Assembly: GCA_002269645.1 (NCBI GenBank)
Contig: NIVC01002366.1
Location: 62,001 to 126,000 of the forward strand
Source: Macrostomum lignano
Taxonomy: Eukaryota
Direction: 5' to 3'
Length of the DNA stretch: 64,000 bases
Shown here: one piece after another, positions 1-17,800 of the stretch
Layout: every line of letters begins with the position of its first letter
How positions within the stretch are numbered: the first letter of the stretch is position 1
The notes under the pieces: generated by a model
The model's database searches: none
What the model was told of the DNA's origin: nothing
Seen by the model: the letters and a program-made list of their open reading frames with translations, nothing else
Position numbers and translations under genes: made by a program

Positions 1-66
1 GTTGTCTTTAGACCTGACTTGTTAAAACTGACTGCAAAATATTGCTGCTCCCCTCCCCCCCCCCAG

Positions 67-1327
67 TTGTCACCAGCCCGCCGGTCTCCGTGGCGCCCGT
101 CCAGGCCATCAGCAAGTGGGTGCCCATGGCTCCCGGCCCTGGGCAGCCGCCGGTCGTTGGTTCGAATCCGCCACCGTATCCAACATCGAATGCCGGGCAG
201 CCGCCGGTCGTTGGTTCGAATCCGCCACCGTATCCAACATCGAATGCCGGGCAGCCGCCGGTCGTTGGTTCGAATCCACCATCGTATCCAGCATCGAATG
301 CCGGGCAGCCCATCGGTAATCAGAGTTTATTGGAAATAAACCAGTGACCCCCATAAGCAGAAAGAGAAAATTGATTCCTATAAACACAACCAGAGGACAT
401 GGACCCCCGAAAACATGAAGGAGGGCATTGAACTTCGATAAGCACAAAGGGGCATTGATCCCCTATAAACACAATCGGAGGGAATTGACACTCCCTATAA
501 ACACAAATGAGGGCATTGTCCCTATAAACACAAAGGAGGGCATTGACACTCCCTATAAACACAAATGAGGGCATTGTCCCTATAAACACAAAGGAGGGAA
601 TTGACACTCCCTATAAACACAATTGGAGGGCACTGACACTCCCTATAAACACAAAGGAGGGAATTGACACTCCCTATAAACACAAAGGAGGGCACTGACA
701 CTCCCTATAAACACAAAGGAGGGAATTGACACTCCCTATAAACACAATCGGAGGGCATTGACACTCCCTATAAACACAATCGGAGGGCAAAGGAGGGCAT
801 TGACCCCCTATAAACACAAAGGAGCGCATTGACCCCCTATAAACACAAAGGAGGGCATTGACCCCCTATAAACACAATCGGAGGGCATGACCCCTATAAA
901 CACAAAGGAGGGCATTGACCCCCTATAAACACAAAGGAGGGCATTGACCCCCTATAAACACATAGACGGGCATGACAATTTAACGACAAGGGAAGGTTTT
1001 AATCTCATTTTGTATTTTTTAAGTTTTCTGAACATTAAAAAATTGATTTTGATTTGATTCTTTTGCAGGAATGGAAAACCAAGGATTCGAACCACCGCCC
1101 TACCCGCTGTACCCGCCATCGTATCAGAATCCGTACGCCAATGCGAGTAAGAGCTATAGTTATTGGTTTCATTTTTATTGCCTTTTCGCCTTCTCGGGCA
1201 TATAATAATCAGAAATTCTGAGAAGCTACTCACAGTAGGTTGGTTGCATGCAGTGTTCTAAAAATGAAAAACTCCAATAATAACGAAAATTACCTCCAAC
1301 TTGGCAGACGCTCCAGATTATGGCTGA
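67..1327 (+). CDS. 3' coding exons of a Pro/Tyr-rich (PPxY) protein; gene starts before the window; possibly a Shisa-like/WBP1-type adaptor tail
   Basis: Exons 67-315 (cccag|..|gtaat), 1069-1146 (ttttgcag|..|gtaag) and 1308-1327 (ttggcag|..TGA) join in frame, all phase 1. They read VVTSPPV...3x GQPPVVGSNPP(P/S)YP(T/A)SNA...GMENQGFEPPPYPLYPPSYQNPYANANAPDYG*. Family assignment is inferred from the PPxY tail and the neighbouring Shisa-like gene. Confidence 0.7.
410..960 (+). repeat. Intronic minisatellite, 28-31-bp unit CCCTATAAACACAAAGGAGGGCATTGACACT (second copy at about 9330-9880)
   Basis: Visible tandem units inside the 316-1068 intron. Confidence 0.9.
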
Positions 1328-1759
1328 GCGATGAAGCATGGAAGACGCTGGCGGCTGACGATTTTTAACGAAGTTGATGAAGCTTAAAAAACAGTTTTAA
1401 CACTTAAAGTGCCGCTTCGGTGATGAGATTTTGTGTTGTCAATTGCAGTTGTAGAATGTTTTTTTTCAAAGCCTGCATGCCGAATCTGTTATGTACTTTA
1501 ATGAAACAAATCAGAACGCTGTTCTTGAACATTACAATTTCAGTTCCACCTGTCTTCTATTGGGTCTTTTCTCTCAGTTTTAATTCTATTCTTTTTACCA
1601 AATTGATGTTTGACTTCTTACCTATTCAGGCTAAAATACACTGACTGCAATTTGTTCAGAGACCAAACAGTTTTCAATAAAGCTGCACTGATTTCCGTTG
1701 CGACTAAAGAAAATTCAGAGATTAGGCCGAAATGAGTTGTTAATGATAATATGGCAGGA

Positions 1760-3447
<1,688 letters not shown>

Positions 3448-3774
3448 ACTTTCAGCCCAATAGCTAGAGAAAAGGCTTACAAGTTTCCAACTGCAAGGAT
3501 ATAATTTCATAGTTAAGGGTAAAATGTTGCAAAGCAGCAGGACTGAAAAAAGCAGTTTATTTGGCTCATCCTCAGCAGTGACTAAATTGGCAGCTTCAAG
3601 TAGAAGTAAAAGAAAATATCACAGAAGTTGAAAGCTTGAAAATAAGATTTGGCATTAAAAATTATAGCTGTAATTAATATTAAAGATGCCGATAGAGAAT
3701 AAATATCCGGCCAGAAGAAAAAAGAAGAAAATTCATTGAGTTCTCAGTTAGAATCGCCCGTCTCAACCACTGAG

Positions 3775-4188
3775 TCAGAAGGCCGGGTGGAGACCCAGGT
3801 TGTTCTCGATGTAGTCCAGCTCCCTCTTCAGCTGGCACTGGACGCAGCTGGCGCAGAAGCTCGTTGCGCAACAGTCGTTCAGAATGCTGCCTTTGATGTT
3901 GTACCTGGCGCGCAGCTTCACCCGGTAAGCCATGAGGGTCATGGAGCTGCCAGCACAGCCGAGACAGATTGGGGTGCAGCAGCCTTCGCCCATGCGCTGC
4001 GACAGGTTGCAGCAGAGCTGGTACGGGCCGCAGAAGAACGTCACGACGCAGCCGCCGAGGTCCTCGCAGCAGGCCAAGAGTCCGGAGTTCCATTCGCGCA
4101 GCTGAGGCGGGTGCACCGGAGCTCCAGCCATCGGGTTGGCCTGCTGGCGCGGCTGAGCAACCACTGGGTGTACAGCTTGGGACTGCAT
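3775..4188 (-). CDS. PLAC8/cornifelin-family Cys-rich protein, copy 1
   Basis: 137-aa ORF with family motifs REWNSGLLACCED, CGPYQLCC, RVKLRARYNIKGSILNDCCATSFCASCVQCQLKREL. A possible extra 5' exon starts at ATG 4250, beyond a 32-nt intron (4233-4202). Confidence 0.9.
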   Translation of the reverse strand: MQSQAVHPVVAQPRQQANPMAGAPVHPPQLREWNSGLLACCEDLGGCVVTFFCGPYQLCCNLSQRMGEGCCTPICLGCAGSSMTLMAYRVKLRARYNIKGSILNDCCATSFCASCVQCQLKRELDYIENNLGLHPAF

Positions 4189-4774
4189 GCTATCGGTTGC
4201 ACTGAAAAATACGGATGGCTGATTTGAAATTACCTGATTAAGGCAGGCATCACGGACAGTATTTAAATTCAGTTCACTTAAATGAAAATACCAAGCTGCC
4301 AGCCTAAACTTACGGCAGTGGCAAACTCTTACAGTGCTTGGAAAATCTTCTTGTAGACAGACTCGTCAATTTATTAGTCACTGGCAGCAGAAGCAGCAGC
4401 TCTTGCAGCCTCCTTAACCAACTGGTTATTTAACTTTTATGAACGAAAAACTATGGGGTACGGCTGGGAGGCTGGGAGGCTGAGAGGCTGAGAGGCTGGG
4501 TTTCAGCATCGATCGATCTGCATGATCCCTAGCTAGCTGCATCGCTTTCTGTCTCCAGTGCTTCGTGGATTCAGCTGCGTGCTGAGTCCGCCAAGTAGCT
4601 GACTCTGTTCCAGACCAGACAGCCATTGCTTCAGTTGCTATGGGCAACTTGACAGCAAATATGCAGCAGGCAGAGACACTGCAAAGCTTTCAAATTAAGT
4701 GAGGAGGAGGATGGGGAAGTTTAGTCCTGAAACTTGCGACGCTTTAAGTGAGAGGAATTGATGAGGAACTACAC

Positions 4775-5551
<777 letters not shown>

Positions 5552-6044
5552 CTAGGACACAGGTAGACAAACTGACCCTAAGACAGGCAATTCCCATTTG
5601 CACGTTGAGTTCTCAGTCTACGCGGTGTCACACAGAATTAATTTAATTTCGCAGCCTATTGCAAGCCACACAGGCTGCGGGAGGGAGGTCCTTGCCCCCA
5701 AAACGCAGAAAGACAAACACTGGGCAGCCGCAGTGCAGCGCCATTGTCCACCGGCCAGCACAATCCACGGCCGATTGGCCAAGCGAAGAGTGTCGCACAA
5801 AAGAGAAAAACGATAAAAATGATATGCAACTTCTGGCTCGGGCGGGGCCGCCTCTCAGCCAGTCACTCAAATTCTCTCTCAGGGCAAACCGCGAGCTCAG
5901 AGACGCTGAGGCAAAAATAAAGAATTTTCGAACAAATAGCGAGTGAGGCATGCGACTCACCTGGCTGGTTGCCGGGGTGCTTCTGGCCGCTGTCCTGCTG
6001 ATGGCCACGTCTGCTGGTGAGTGAGCTGGCCACCCTCTCAAGCA

Positions 6045-7265
6045 CACCTCACCTCTCTCCAGATCCAATCTCACTTCTCTCTAGATCCGATCTCACCTCT
6101 CTCTAGATCCGATCTCACCTCTCTCTAGATCCGATCTCACCTATCTCTAGATCCGATCTCACCTATCTCTAGATCCGATCTCACCTCTCTCTAAATCCGA
6201 TCTCACCTCTCTCTAGATCCGATCTCACCTCTCTCTAGATCCGATCTCACCTCTCTCTAGATCCGATCTCACCTCTCTCTAAATCCGATCTCCTTCTCTC
6301 TCTAGATCCGATCTCACCTCTCACTAGATCCTATCTCACCTCTCACTAGATCCTATCTCACCTCTCACTAGATCCTATCTCACCTCTCACTAGATCCGAT
6401 CTCACCTCTCTCTAGATCCGATCTCACCTATCTCTAAATCCGATCTCACCTCTCTCTAGATCCGATCTCACCTCTCACTAGATCCGATCTCACTTCTCTC
6501 CAGATCCGATCTCACCTCTCTCTAGATCCGATCTCACCTCTCTCTAGATCCGATCTCACTTCTCTCCAGATCCGATCTCACCTCTCTCTAGATCCGATCT
6601 CACCTCTCTCTAGATCCGATCTCACCTCTCTCTAGATCCTATCTCCCCTCTCTCTAGATCCGATCTCCTTCTCTCTCTAAATCCGATCTCACCTCTCACT
6701 AGATCCTATCTCCCCTCTCTCTAGATCCGATCTCACCTATCTCTAAATCCGATCTCACCTCTCTCTAGATCCGATCTCACCTCTCACTAGATCCGATCTC
6801 ACTTCTCTCCAGATCCGATCTCACCTCTCTCTAGATCCGATCTCACCTCTCACTAGATCCGATCTCACTTCTCTCCAGATCCGATCTCACCTCTCTCTAG
6901 ATCCGATCTCACCTCTCTCTAGATCCGATCTCACCTCTCACTAGATCCGATCTCACTTCTCTCCAGATCCGATTTCACCTCTCTCTAGATCCGATCTCAC
7001 CTCTCACTAGATCCGATCTCACTTCTCTCCAGATCCGATCTCACCTCTCTCTAGATCCGATCTCACCTCTCTCTAGATCCGATCTCACCTCTCACTAGAT
7101 CCGATCTCACCTTTCTCTAGATCCTATCTCCCCTCTCTTTAGATCCGATCTCACCTCTCTCTAGATCCTATCTCCCCTCTCTCTAGATCCGATCTCATCT
7201 CTCTCTAGATCCGATCTCACCTCTCTCCAGATCCGATCCCACCTCTCTCTAGATCCGATCTCACC
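6045..7265 (+). repeat. Intronic minisatellite, 22-bp unit CTCACCTCTCTCTAGATCCGAT (second copy at about 14899-16119)
   Basis: About 55 visible tandem units in intron 1 of the Shisa-like gene. Confidence 0.95.
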
Positions 7266-8024
7266 CTAATAAGAGAAACAAACCACATCGACGTTTGCGC
7301 AGATGCGGCCAGATCTCGCGCCCGGTTCTCCTATAGGTCGCGAGCTCGATTCTCCTACAGGTCGCGAGCTCGATTTTCCTATCGGTCCCGAACTCGATTC
7401 CGCTACAGCAGAAGCAGGCGTTACTCAAGATACTCATACATGTGAGTCGGAATTAGTCGGAGTCACCCTTCTGGGTGACCTTCCTGACGAATTTGAATGA
7501 CCGGGTTGAAGGACATTTTCCCGAAGCATTATGTAGAAATATCAATTTCGTAAAATCTGACAAATTCGTAAATCCATTCGAACCCCCAGCGGCCCGATCT
7601 ACTCTCGCCGCCTGTCGCCCTCGCTGATGGGCCCCGTGTACTTTGGCTACGCGTCCCGGTACCCGATGTACTTTAACTACAGGCGGGGCAGCTCCGCCCA
7701 CGGCTTCGGTGAGAAATTTGATTGCAATGCATTCTCCTCGCTTCATCGCCCAGGCCAGATTTTATTGTTCGATATTTGGGGAAATTTTTGAAATTCACTG
7801 GTTTACAAATCCAAACCTTTAACACTTGACCAGCCAATTTGTTCGACTGGAAACGGGGGGAATTTTCGGTGGCAAAATAATGTAAAAATTATCCAAATAT
7901 TTTTACTAGAGTAAATCTTCTCTTGTGGTTTGCAAATCTGAATAAATCACCTGAGACAGATTAACCTTTTTTGTAATCTAGGTAGCTGTGAACAGTGAGT
8001 AACAATCTTAAAGAATAGCCATCA

Positions 8025-8265
8025 CCTGAGGAGGTACGCTCGTAGATATCTTCAGGAGTTACAATATCATATCAGGTAGACATCTTCAGGAGCTACAATA
8101 TCATCTCAGGTAGACATCTTCAGGAGTTACTCAGGTAGACATCTTCAGGAGCTACAATCCCATCTCAGGTGGATATCTTCAGGAGTTACTCAGGTAGACA
8201 TCTTCAGGAGTTACAATATCATCTCAGGTAGACATCTTCAGGCGTGACAGTATTGTCTCAGGTAG
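8025..8265 (+). repeat. Degenerate intronic minisatellite CTCAGGTAGACATCTTCAGGAGTTA(CAATATCAT) (copy at about 16880-17120)
   Basis: About 7 imperfect units in intron 3. Confidence 0.8.
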
Positions 8266-8779
8266 AAATTTTATGAGGATGATGTGTACCGGATTGCCTG
8301 CCCCCTGCCCCGCCCCAGGCGAGGTGTGCACCAACCACCTGGCCCTGAGCAACGGCAGCTACGCGGGCACCTTCCACTGCCCCTTCCTGCCCGACGAGCC
8401 GCGCAGCTGGACGAAATGCTGCGGCTTCGATGGCGAGGGATTCTGCTGCGACCCAGACTATAATGAGTGAGATGGGGCCCGAGCTCTGAGCGAAGTCTCG
8501 GTGCTGTACATGTGCACATAGTACAGACAGAATTGATGTACACCCCACACGAGGCTAGGTTGGATGTGCATTGATGTAGAGATTAATTGTAAACTGACTT
8601 GATCGAGGCAGAATGTCAGCATGTGCAATAAGCTAAAGATCAATGTACTTTGGTACAAGCTAAGTATACATGTAAGTGTACGTTGAATGTCGGATGTGCA
8701 TCGAAGCAGCTTGGATTTAAGCGGAGGTTGGATGTACATAGTGCATTGAGTCAAGTACAAGGTTAGATGTACATGAATG

Positions 8780-9005
8780 TAGGAGTTGAAGCTACATGTA
8801 CAATTAAGGCAGGTTGGATGTACATAGGTAGTTGCATGGATGTACATAGGAGTTGGATGTACGTAGGAGTTGGATGTACATAGGAGTTGGATGTACATAG
8901 GAGTTGGATGCACGTAGGAGTTGGATGTACATAGGAGTTGGATAGGATAGGAGTACATAGGATAAGAGCTGGGGATTTACATGTACATTGAGGCAGGTTG
9001 GATGC
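8780..9005 (+). repeat. Degenerate 18-bp intronic repeat GTTGGATGTACATAGGAG (copy at about 17635-17860)
   Basis: Visible tandem units in intron 4. Confidence 0.75.
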
Positions 9006-9074
9006 ACATAGAAGTTGGATGGCATATTGATAAACATGTACTGTAAAAGCACTCAAGCATCGCTAAGCCTCCCT

Positions 9075-10246
9075 GTTGGTTCGAATCCGCCACCGTATCC
9101 AACATCGAATGCCGGGCAGCCGCCGGTCGTTGGTTCGAATCCGCCACCGTATCCAACATCGAATGCCGGGCAGCCGCCGGTCGTTGGTTCGAATCCACCA
9201 TCGTATCCAGCATCGAATGCCGGGCAGCCCATCGGTAATCAGAGTTTATTGGAAATAAACCAGTGACCCCCATAAGCAGAAAGAGAAAATTGATTCCTAT
9301 AAACACAACCAGAGGACATGGACCCCCGAAAACATGAAGGAGGGCATTGAACTTCGATAAGCACAAAGGGGCATTGATCCCCTATAAACACAATCGGAGG
9401 GAATTGACACTCCCTATAAACACAAATGAGGGCATTGTCCCTATAAACACAAAGGAGGGCATTGACACTCCCTATAAACACAAATGAGGGCATTGTCCCT
9501 ATAAACACAAAGGAGGGAATTGACACTCCCTATAAACACAATTGGAGGGCACTGACACTCCCTATAAACACAAAGGAGGGAATTGACACTCCCTATAAAC
9601 ACAAAGGAGGGCACTGACACTCCCTATAAACACAAAGGAGGGAATTGACACTCCCTATAAACACAATCGGAGGGCATTGACACTCCCTATAAACACAATC
9701 GGAGGGCAAAGGAGGGCATTGACCCCCTATAAACACAAAGGAGCGCATTGACCCCCTATAAACACAAAGGAGGGCATTGACCCCCTATAAACACAATCGG
9801 AGGGCATGACCCCTATAAACACAAAGGAGGGCATTGACCCCCTATAAACACAAAGGAGGGCATTGACCCCCTATAAACACATAGACGGGCATGACAATTT
9901 AACGACAAGGGAAGGTTTTAATCTCATTTTGTATTTTTTAAGTTTTCTGAACATTAAAAAATTGATTTTGATTTGATTCTTTTGCAGGAATGGAAAACCA
10001 AGGATTCGAACCACCGCCCTACCCGCTGTACCCGCCATCGTATCAGAATCCGTACGCCAATGCGAGTAAGAGCTATAGTTATTGGTTTCATTTTTATTGC
10101 CTTTTCGCCTTCTCGGGCATATAATAATCAGAAATTCTGAGAAGCTACTCACAGTAGGTTGGTTGCATGCAGTGTTCTAAAAATGAAAAACTCCAATAAT
10201 AACGAAAATTACCTCCAACTTGGCAGACGCTCCAGATTATGGCTGA
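9075..10246 (+). pseudogene. Duplicated 3' exons of the PPxY-rich gene (9075-9234 partial, 9988-10065, 10227-10246), fused behind Shisa-like exons 1-4
   Basis: Matches 156-1327 at offset 8919; lacks its own acceptor and 5' exons. Confidence 0.8.
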
Positions 10247-10678
10247 GCGATGAAGCATGGAAGACGCTGGCGGCTGACGATTTTTAACGAAGTTGATGAA
10301 GCTTAAAAAACAGTTTTAACACTTAAAGTGCCGCTTCGGTGATGAGATTTTGTGTTGTCAATTGCAGTTGTAGAATGTTTTTTTTCAAAGCCTGCATGCC
10401 GAATCTGTTATGTACTTTAATGAAACAAATCAGAACGCTGTTCTTGAACATTACAATTTCAGTTCCACCTGTCTTCTATTGGGTCTTTTCTCTCAGTTTT
10501 AATTCTATTCTTTTTACCAAATTGATGTTTGACTTCTTACCTATTCAGGCTAAAATACACTGACTGCAATTTGTTCAGAGACCAAACAGTTTTCAATAAA
10601 GCTGCACTGATTTCCGTTGCGACTAAAGAAAATTCAGAGATTAGGCCGAAATGAGTTGTTAATGATAATATGGCAGGA

Positions 10679-12300
<1,622 letters not shown>

Positions 12301-12632
12301 AGACACTTTTCAGCCCAATAGCTAGAGAAAAGGCTTACAAGTTTCCAACTGCAAGGATATAATTTCATAGTTAAGGGTAAAATGTTGCAAAGCAGCAGGA
12401 CTGAAAAAAGCAGTTTATTTGGCTCATCCTCAGCAGTGACTAAATTGGCAGCTTCAAGTAGAAGTAAAAGAAAATATCACAGAAGTTGAAAGCTTGAAAA
12501 TAAGATTTGGCATTAAAAATTATAGCTGTAATTAATATTAAAGATGCCGATAGAGAATAAATATCCGGCCAGAAGAAAAAAGAAGAAAATTCATTGAGTT
12601 CTCAGTTAGAATCGCCCGTCTCAACCACTGAG

Positions 12633-13046
12633 TCAGAAGGCCGGGTGGAGACCCAGGTTGTTCTCGATGTAGTCCAGCTCCCTCTTCAGCTGGCACTGGA
12701 CGCAGCTGGCGCAGAAGCTCGTTGCGCAACAGTCGTTCAGAATGCTGCCTTTGATGTTGTACCTGGCGCGCAGCTTCACCCGGTAAGCCATGAGGGTCAT
12801 GGAGCTGCCAGCACAGCCGAGACAGATTGGGGTGCAGCAGCCTTCGCCCATGCGCTGCGACAGGTTGCAGCAGAGCTGGTACGGGCCGCAGAAGAACGTC
12901 ACGACGCAGCCGCCGAGGTCCTCGCAGCAGGCCAAGAGTCCGGAGTTCCATTCGCGCAGCTGAGGCGGGTGCACCGGAGCTCCAGCCATCGGGTTGGCCT
13001 GCTGGCGCGGCTGAGCAACCACTGGGTGTACAGCTTGGGACTGCAT
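12633..13046 (-). CDS. PLAC8/cornifelin-family protein, copy 2
   Basis: Translation is identical to 3775-4188. Confidence 0.9.
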   Translation of the reverse strand: MQSQAVHPVVAQPRQQANPMAGAPVHPPQLREWNSGLLACCEDLGGCVVTFFCGPYQLCCNLSQRMGEGCCTPICLGCAGSSMTLMAYRVKLRARYNIKGSILNDCCATSFCASCVQCQLKRELDYIENNLGLHPAF

Positions 13047-13632
13047 GCTATCGGTTGCACTGAAAAATACGGATGGCTGATTTGAAATTACCTGATTAAG
13101 GCAGGCATCACGGACAGTATTTAAATTCAGTTCACTTAAATGAAAATACCAAGCTGCCAGCCTAAACTTACGGCAGTGGCAAACTCTTACAGTGCTTGGA
13201 AAATCTTCTTGTAGACAGACTCGTCAATTTATTAGTCACTGGCAGCAGAAGCAGCAGCTCTTGCAGCCTCCTTAACCAACTGGTTATTTAACTTTTATGA
13301 ACGAAAAACTATGGGGTACGGCTGGGAGGCTGGGAGGCTGAGAGGCTGAGAGGCTGGGTTTCAGCATCGATCGATCTGCATGATCCCTAGCTAGCTGCAT
13401 CGCTTTCTGTCTCCAGTGCTTCGTGGATTCAGCTGCGTGCTGAGTCCGCCAAGTAGCTGACTCTGTTCCAGACCAGACAGCCATTGCTTCAGTTGCTATG
13501 GGCAACTTGACAGCAAATATGCAGCAGGCAGAGACACTGCAAAGCTTTCAAATTAAGTGAGGAGGAGGATGGGGAAGTTTAGTCCTGAAACTTGCGACGC
13601 TTTAAGTGAGAGGAATTGATGAGGAACTACAC

Positions 13633-14405
<773 letters not shown>

Positions 14406-14803
14406 CTAGGACACAGGTAGACAAACTGACCCTAAGACAGGCAATTCCCATTTGCACGTTGAGTTCTCAGTCTACGCGGTGTCACACAGAATTAATTTAA
14501 TTTCGCAGCCTATTGCAAGCCACACAGGCTGCGGGAGGGAGGTCCTTGCCCCCAAAACGCAGAAAGACAAACACTGGGCAGCCGCAGTGCAGCGCCATTG
14601 TCCACCGGCCAGCACAATCCACGGCCGATTGGCCAAGCGAAGAGTGTCGCACAAAAGAGAAAAACGATAAAAATGATATGCAACTTCTGGCTCGGGCGGG
14701 GCCGCCTCTCAGCCAGTCACTCAAATTCTCTCTCAGGGCAAACCGCGAGCTCAGAGACGCTGAGGCAAAAATAAAGAATTTTCGAACAAATAGCGAGTGA
14801 GGC

Positions 14804-17800
14804 ATGCGACTCACCTGGCTGGTTGCCGGGGTGCTTCTGGCCGCTGTCCTGCTGATGGCCACGTCTGCTGGTGAGTGAGCTGGCCACCCTCTCAAGCACA
14901 CCTCACCTCTCTCCAGATCCAATCTCACTTCTCTCTAGATCCGATCTCACCTCTCTCTAGATCCGATCTCACCTCTCTCTAGATCCGATCTCACCTATCT
15001 CTAGATCCGATCTCACCTATCTCTAGATCCGATCTCACCTCTCTCTAAATCCGATCTCACCTCTCTCTAGATCCGATCTCACCTCTCTCTAGATCCGATC
15101 TCACCTCTCTCTAGATCCGATCTCACCTCTCTCTAAATCCGATCTCCTTCTCTCTCTAGATCCGATCTCACCTCTCACTAGATCCTATCTCACCTCTCAC
15201 TAGATCCTATCTCACCTCTCACTAGATCCTATCTCACCTCTCACTAGATCCGATCTCACCTCTCTCTAGATCCGATCTCACCTATCTCTAAATCCGATCT
15301 CACCTCTCTCTAGATCCGATCTCACCTCTCACTAGATCCGATCTCACTTCTCTCCAGATCCGATCTCACCTCTCTCTAGATCCGATCTCACCTCTCTCTA
15401 GATCCGATCTCACTTCTCTCCAGATCCGATCTCACCTCTCTCTAGATCCGATCTCACCTCTCTCTAGATCCGATCTCACCTCTCTCTAGATCCTATCTCC
15501 CCTCTCTCTAGATCCGATCTCCTTCTCTCTCTAAATCCGATCTCACCTCTCACTAGATCCTATCTCCCCTCTCTCTAGATCCGATCTCACCTATCTCTAA
15601 ATCCGATCTCACCTCTCTCTAGATCCGATCTCACCTCTCACTAGATCCGATCTCACTTCTCTCCAGATCCGATCTCACCTCTCTCTAGATCCGATCTCAC
15701 CTCTCACTAGATCCGATCTCACTTCTCTCCAGATCCGATCTCACCTCTCTCTAGATCCGATCTCACCTCTCTCTAGATCCGATCTCACCTCTCACTAGAT
15801 CCGATCTCACTTCTCTCCAGATCCGATTTCACCTCTCTCTAGATCCGATCTCACCTCTCACTAGATCCGATCTCACTTCTCTCCAGATCCGATCTCACCT
15901 CTCTCTAGATCCGATCTCACCTCTCTCTAGATCCGATCTCACCTCTCACTAGATCCGATCTCACCTTTCTCTAGATCCTATCTCCCCTCTCTTTAGATCC
16001 GATCTCACCTCTCTCTAGATCCTATCTCCCCTCTCTCTAGATCCGATCTCATCTCTCTCTAGATCCGATCTCACCTCTCTCCAGATCCGATCCCACCTCT
16101 CTCTAGATCCGATCTCACCCTAATAAGAGAAACAAACCACATCGACGTTTGCGCAGATGCGGCCAGATCTCGCGCCCGGTTCTCCTATAGGTCGCGAGCT
16201 CGATTCTCCTACAGGTCGCGAGCTCGATTTTCCTATCGGTCCCGAACTCGATTCCGCTACAGCAGAAGCAGGCGTTACTCAAGATACTCATACATGTGAG
16301 TCGGAATTAGTCGGAGTCACCCTTCTGGGTGACCTTCCTGACGAATTTGAATGACCGGGTTGAAGGACATTTTCCCGAAGCATTATGTAGAAATATCAAT
16401 TTCGTAAAATCTGACAAATTCGTAAATCCATTCGAACCCCCAGCGGCCCGATCTACTCTCGCCGCCTGTCGCCCTCGCTGATGGGCCCCGTGTACTTTGG
16501 CTACGCGTCCCGGTACCCGATGTACTTTAACTACAGGCGGGGCAGCTCCGCCCACGGCTTCGGTGAGAAATTTGATTGCAATGCATTCTCCTCGCTTCAT
16601 CGCCCAGGCCAGATTTTATTGTTCGATATTTGGGGAAATTTTTGAAATTCACTGGTTTACAAATCCAAACCTTTAACACTTGACCAGCCAATTTGTTCGA
16701 CTGGAAACGGGGGGAATTTTCGGTGGCAAAATAATGTAAAAATTATCCAAATATTTTTACTAGAGTAAATCTTCTCTTGTGGTTTGCAAATCTGAATAAA
16801 TCACCTGAGACAGATTAACCTTTTTTGTAATCTAGGTAGCTGTGAACAGTGAGTAACAATCTTAAAGAATAGCCATCACCTGAGGAGGTACGCTCGTAGA
16901 TATCTTCAGGAGTTACAATATCATATCAGGTAGACATCTTCAGGAGCTACAATATCATCTCAGGTAGACATCTTCAGGAGTTACTCAGGTAGACATCTTC
17001 AGGAGCTACAATCCCATCTCAGGTGGATATCTTCAGGAGTTACTCAGGTAGACATCTTCAGGAGTTACAATATCATCTCAGGTAGACATCTTCAGGCGTG
17101 ACAGTATTGTCTCAGGTAGAAATTTTATGAGGATGATGTGTACCGGATTGCCTGCCCCCTGCCCCGCCCCAGGCGAGGTGTGCACCAACCACCTGGCCCT
17201 GAGCAACGGCAGCTACGCGGGCACCTTCCACTGCCCCTTCCTGCCCGACGAGCCGCGCAGCTGGACGAAATGCTGCGGCTTCGATGGCGAGGGATTCTGC
17301 TGCGACCCAGACTATAATGAGTGAGATGGGGCCCGAGCTCTGAGCGAAGTCTCGGTGCTGTACATGTGCACATAGTACAGACAGAATTGATGTACACCCC
17401 ACACGAGGCTAGGTTGGATGTGCATTGATGTAGAGATTAATTGTAAACTGACTTGATCGAGGCAGAATGTCAGCATGTGCAATAAGCTAAAGATCAATGT
17501 ACTTTGGTACAAGCTAAGTATACATGTAAGTGTACGTTGAATGTCGGATGTGCATCGAAGCAGCTTGGATTTAAGCGGAGGTTGGATGTACATAGTGCAT
17601 TGAGTCAAGTACAAGGTTAGATGTACATGAATGTAGGAGTTGAAGCTACATGTACAATTAAGGCAGGTTGGATGTACATAGGTAGTTGCATGGATGTACA
17701 TAGGAGTTGGATGTACGTAGGAGTTGGATGTACATAGGAGTTGGATGTACATAGGAGTTGGATGCACGTAGGAGTTGGATGTACATAGGAGTTGGATAGG

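Larger units (their letters stand above)
5950..8466 (+). pseudogene. 5' half (exons 1-4) of the Shisa-like gene, cut by the duplication junction; truncated or chimeric copy
   Basis: Exons 5950-6016, 7303-7441, 7590-7708 and 8319-8466 read the same as exons 1-4 of the complete copy (offset 8854). The TM-exon acceptor and exons 5-7 are replaced at 9075 by the upstream gene's tail. Confidence 0.8.

Noticed and set aside
3736-4227. 163-aa plus-strand ORF (and its copy at 12594-13085)
   Set aside because: It is the antisense shadow of the GC-rich PLAC8 CDS.
7303-7500. 65-aa ORF MRPDLAPGSPIGRELDSP (and copy at 16157)
   Set aside because: Wrong frame: splice phases place this exon in the RSRARFSY frame of the Shisa-like gene.
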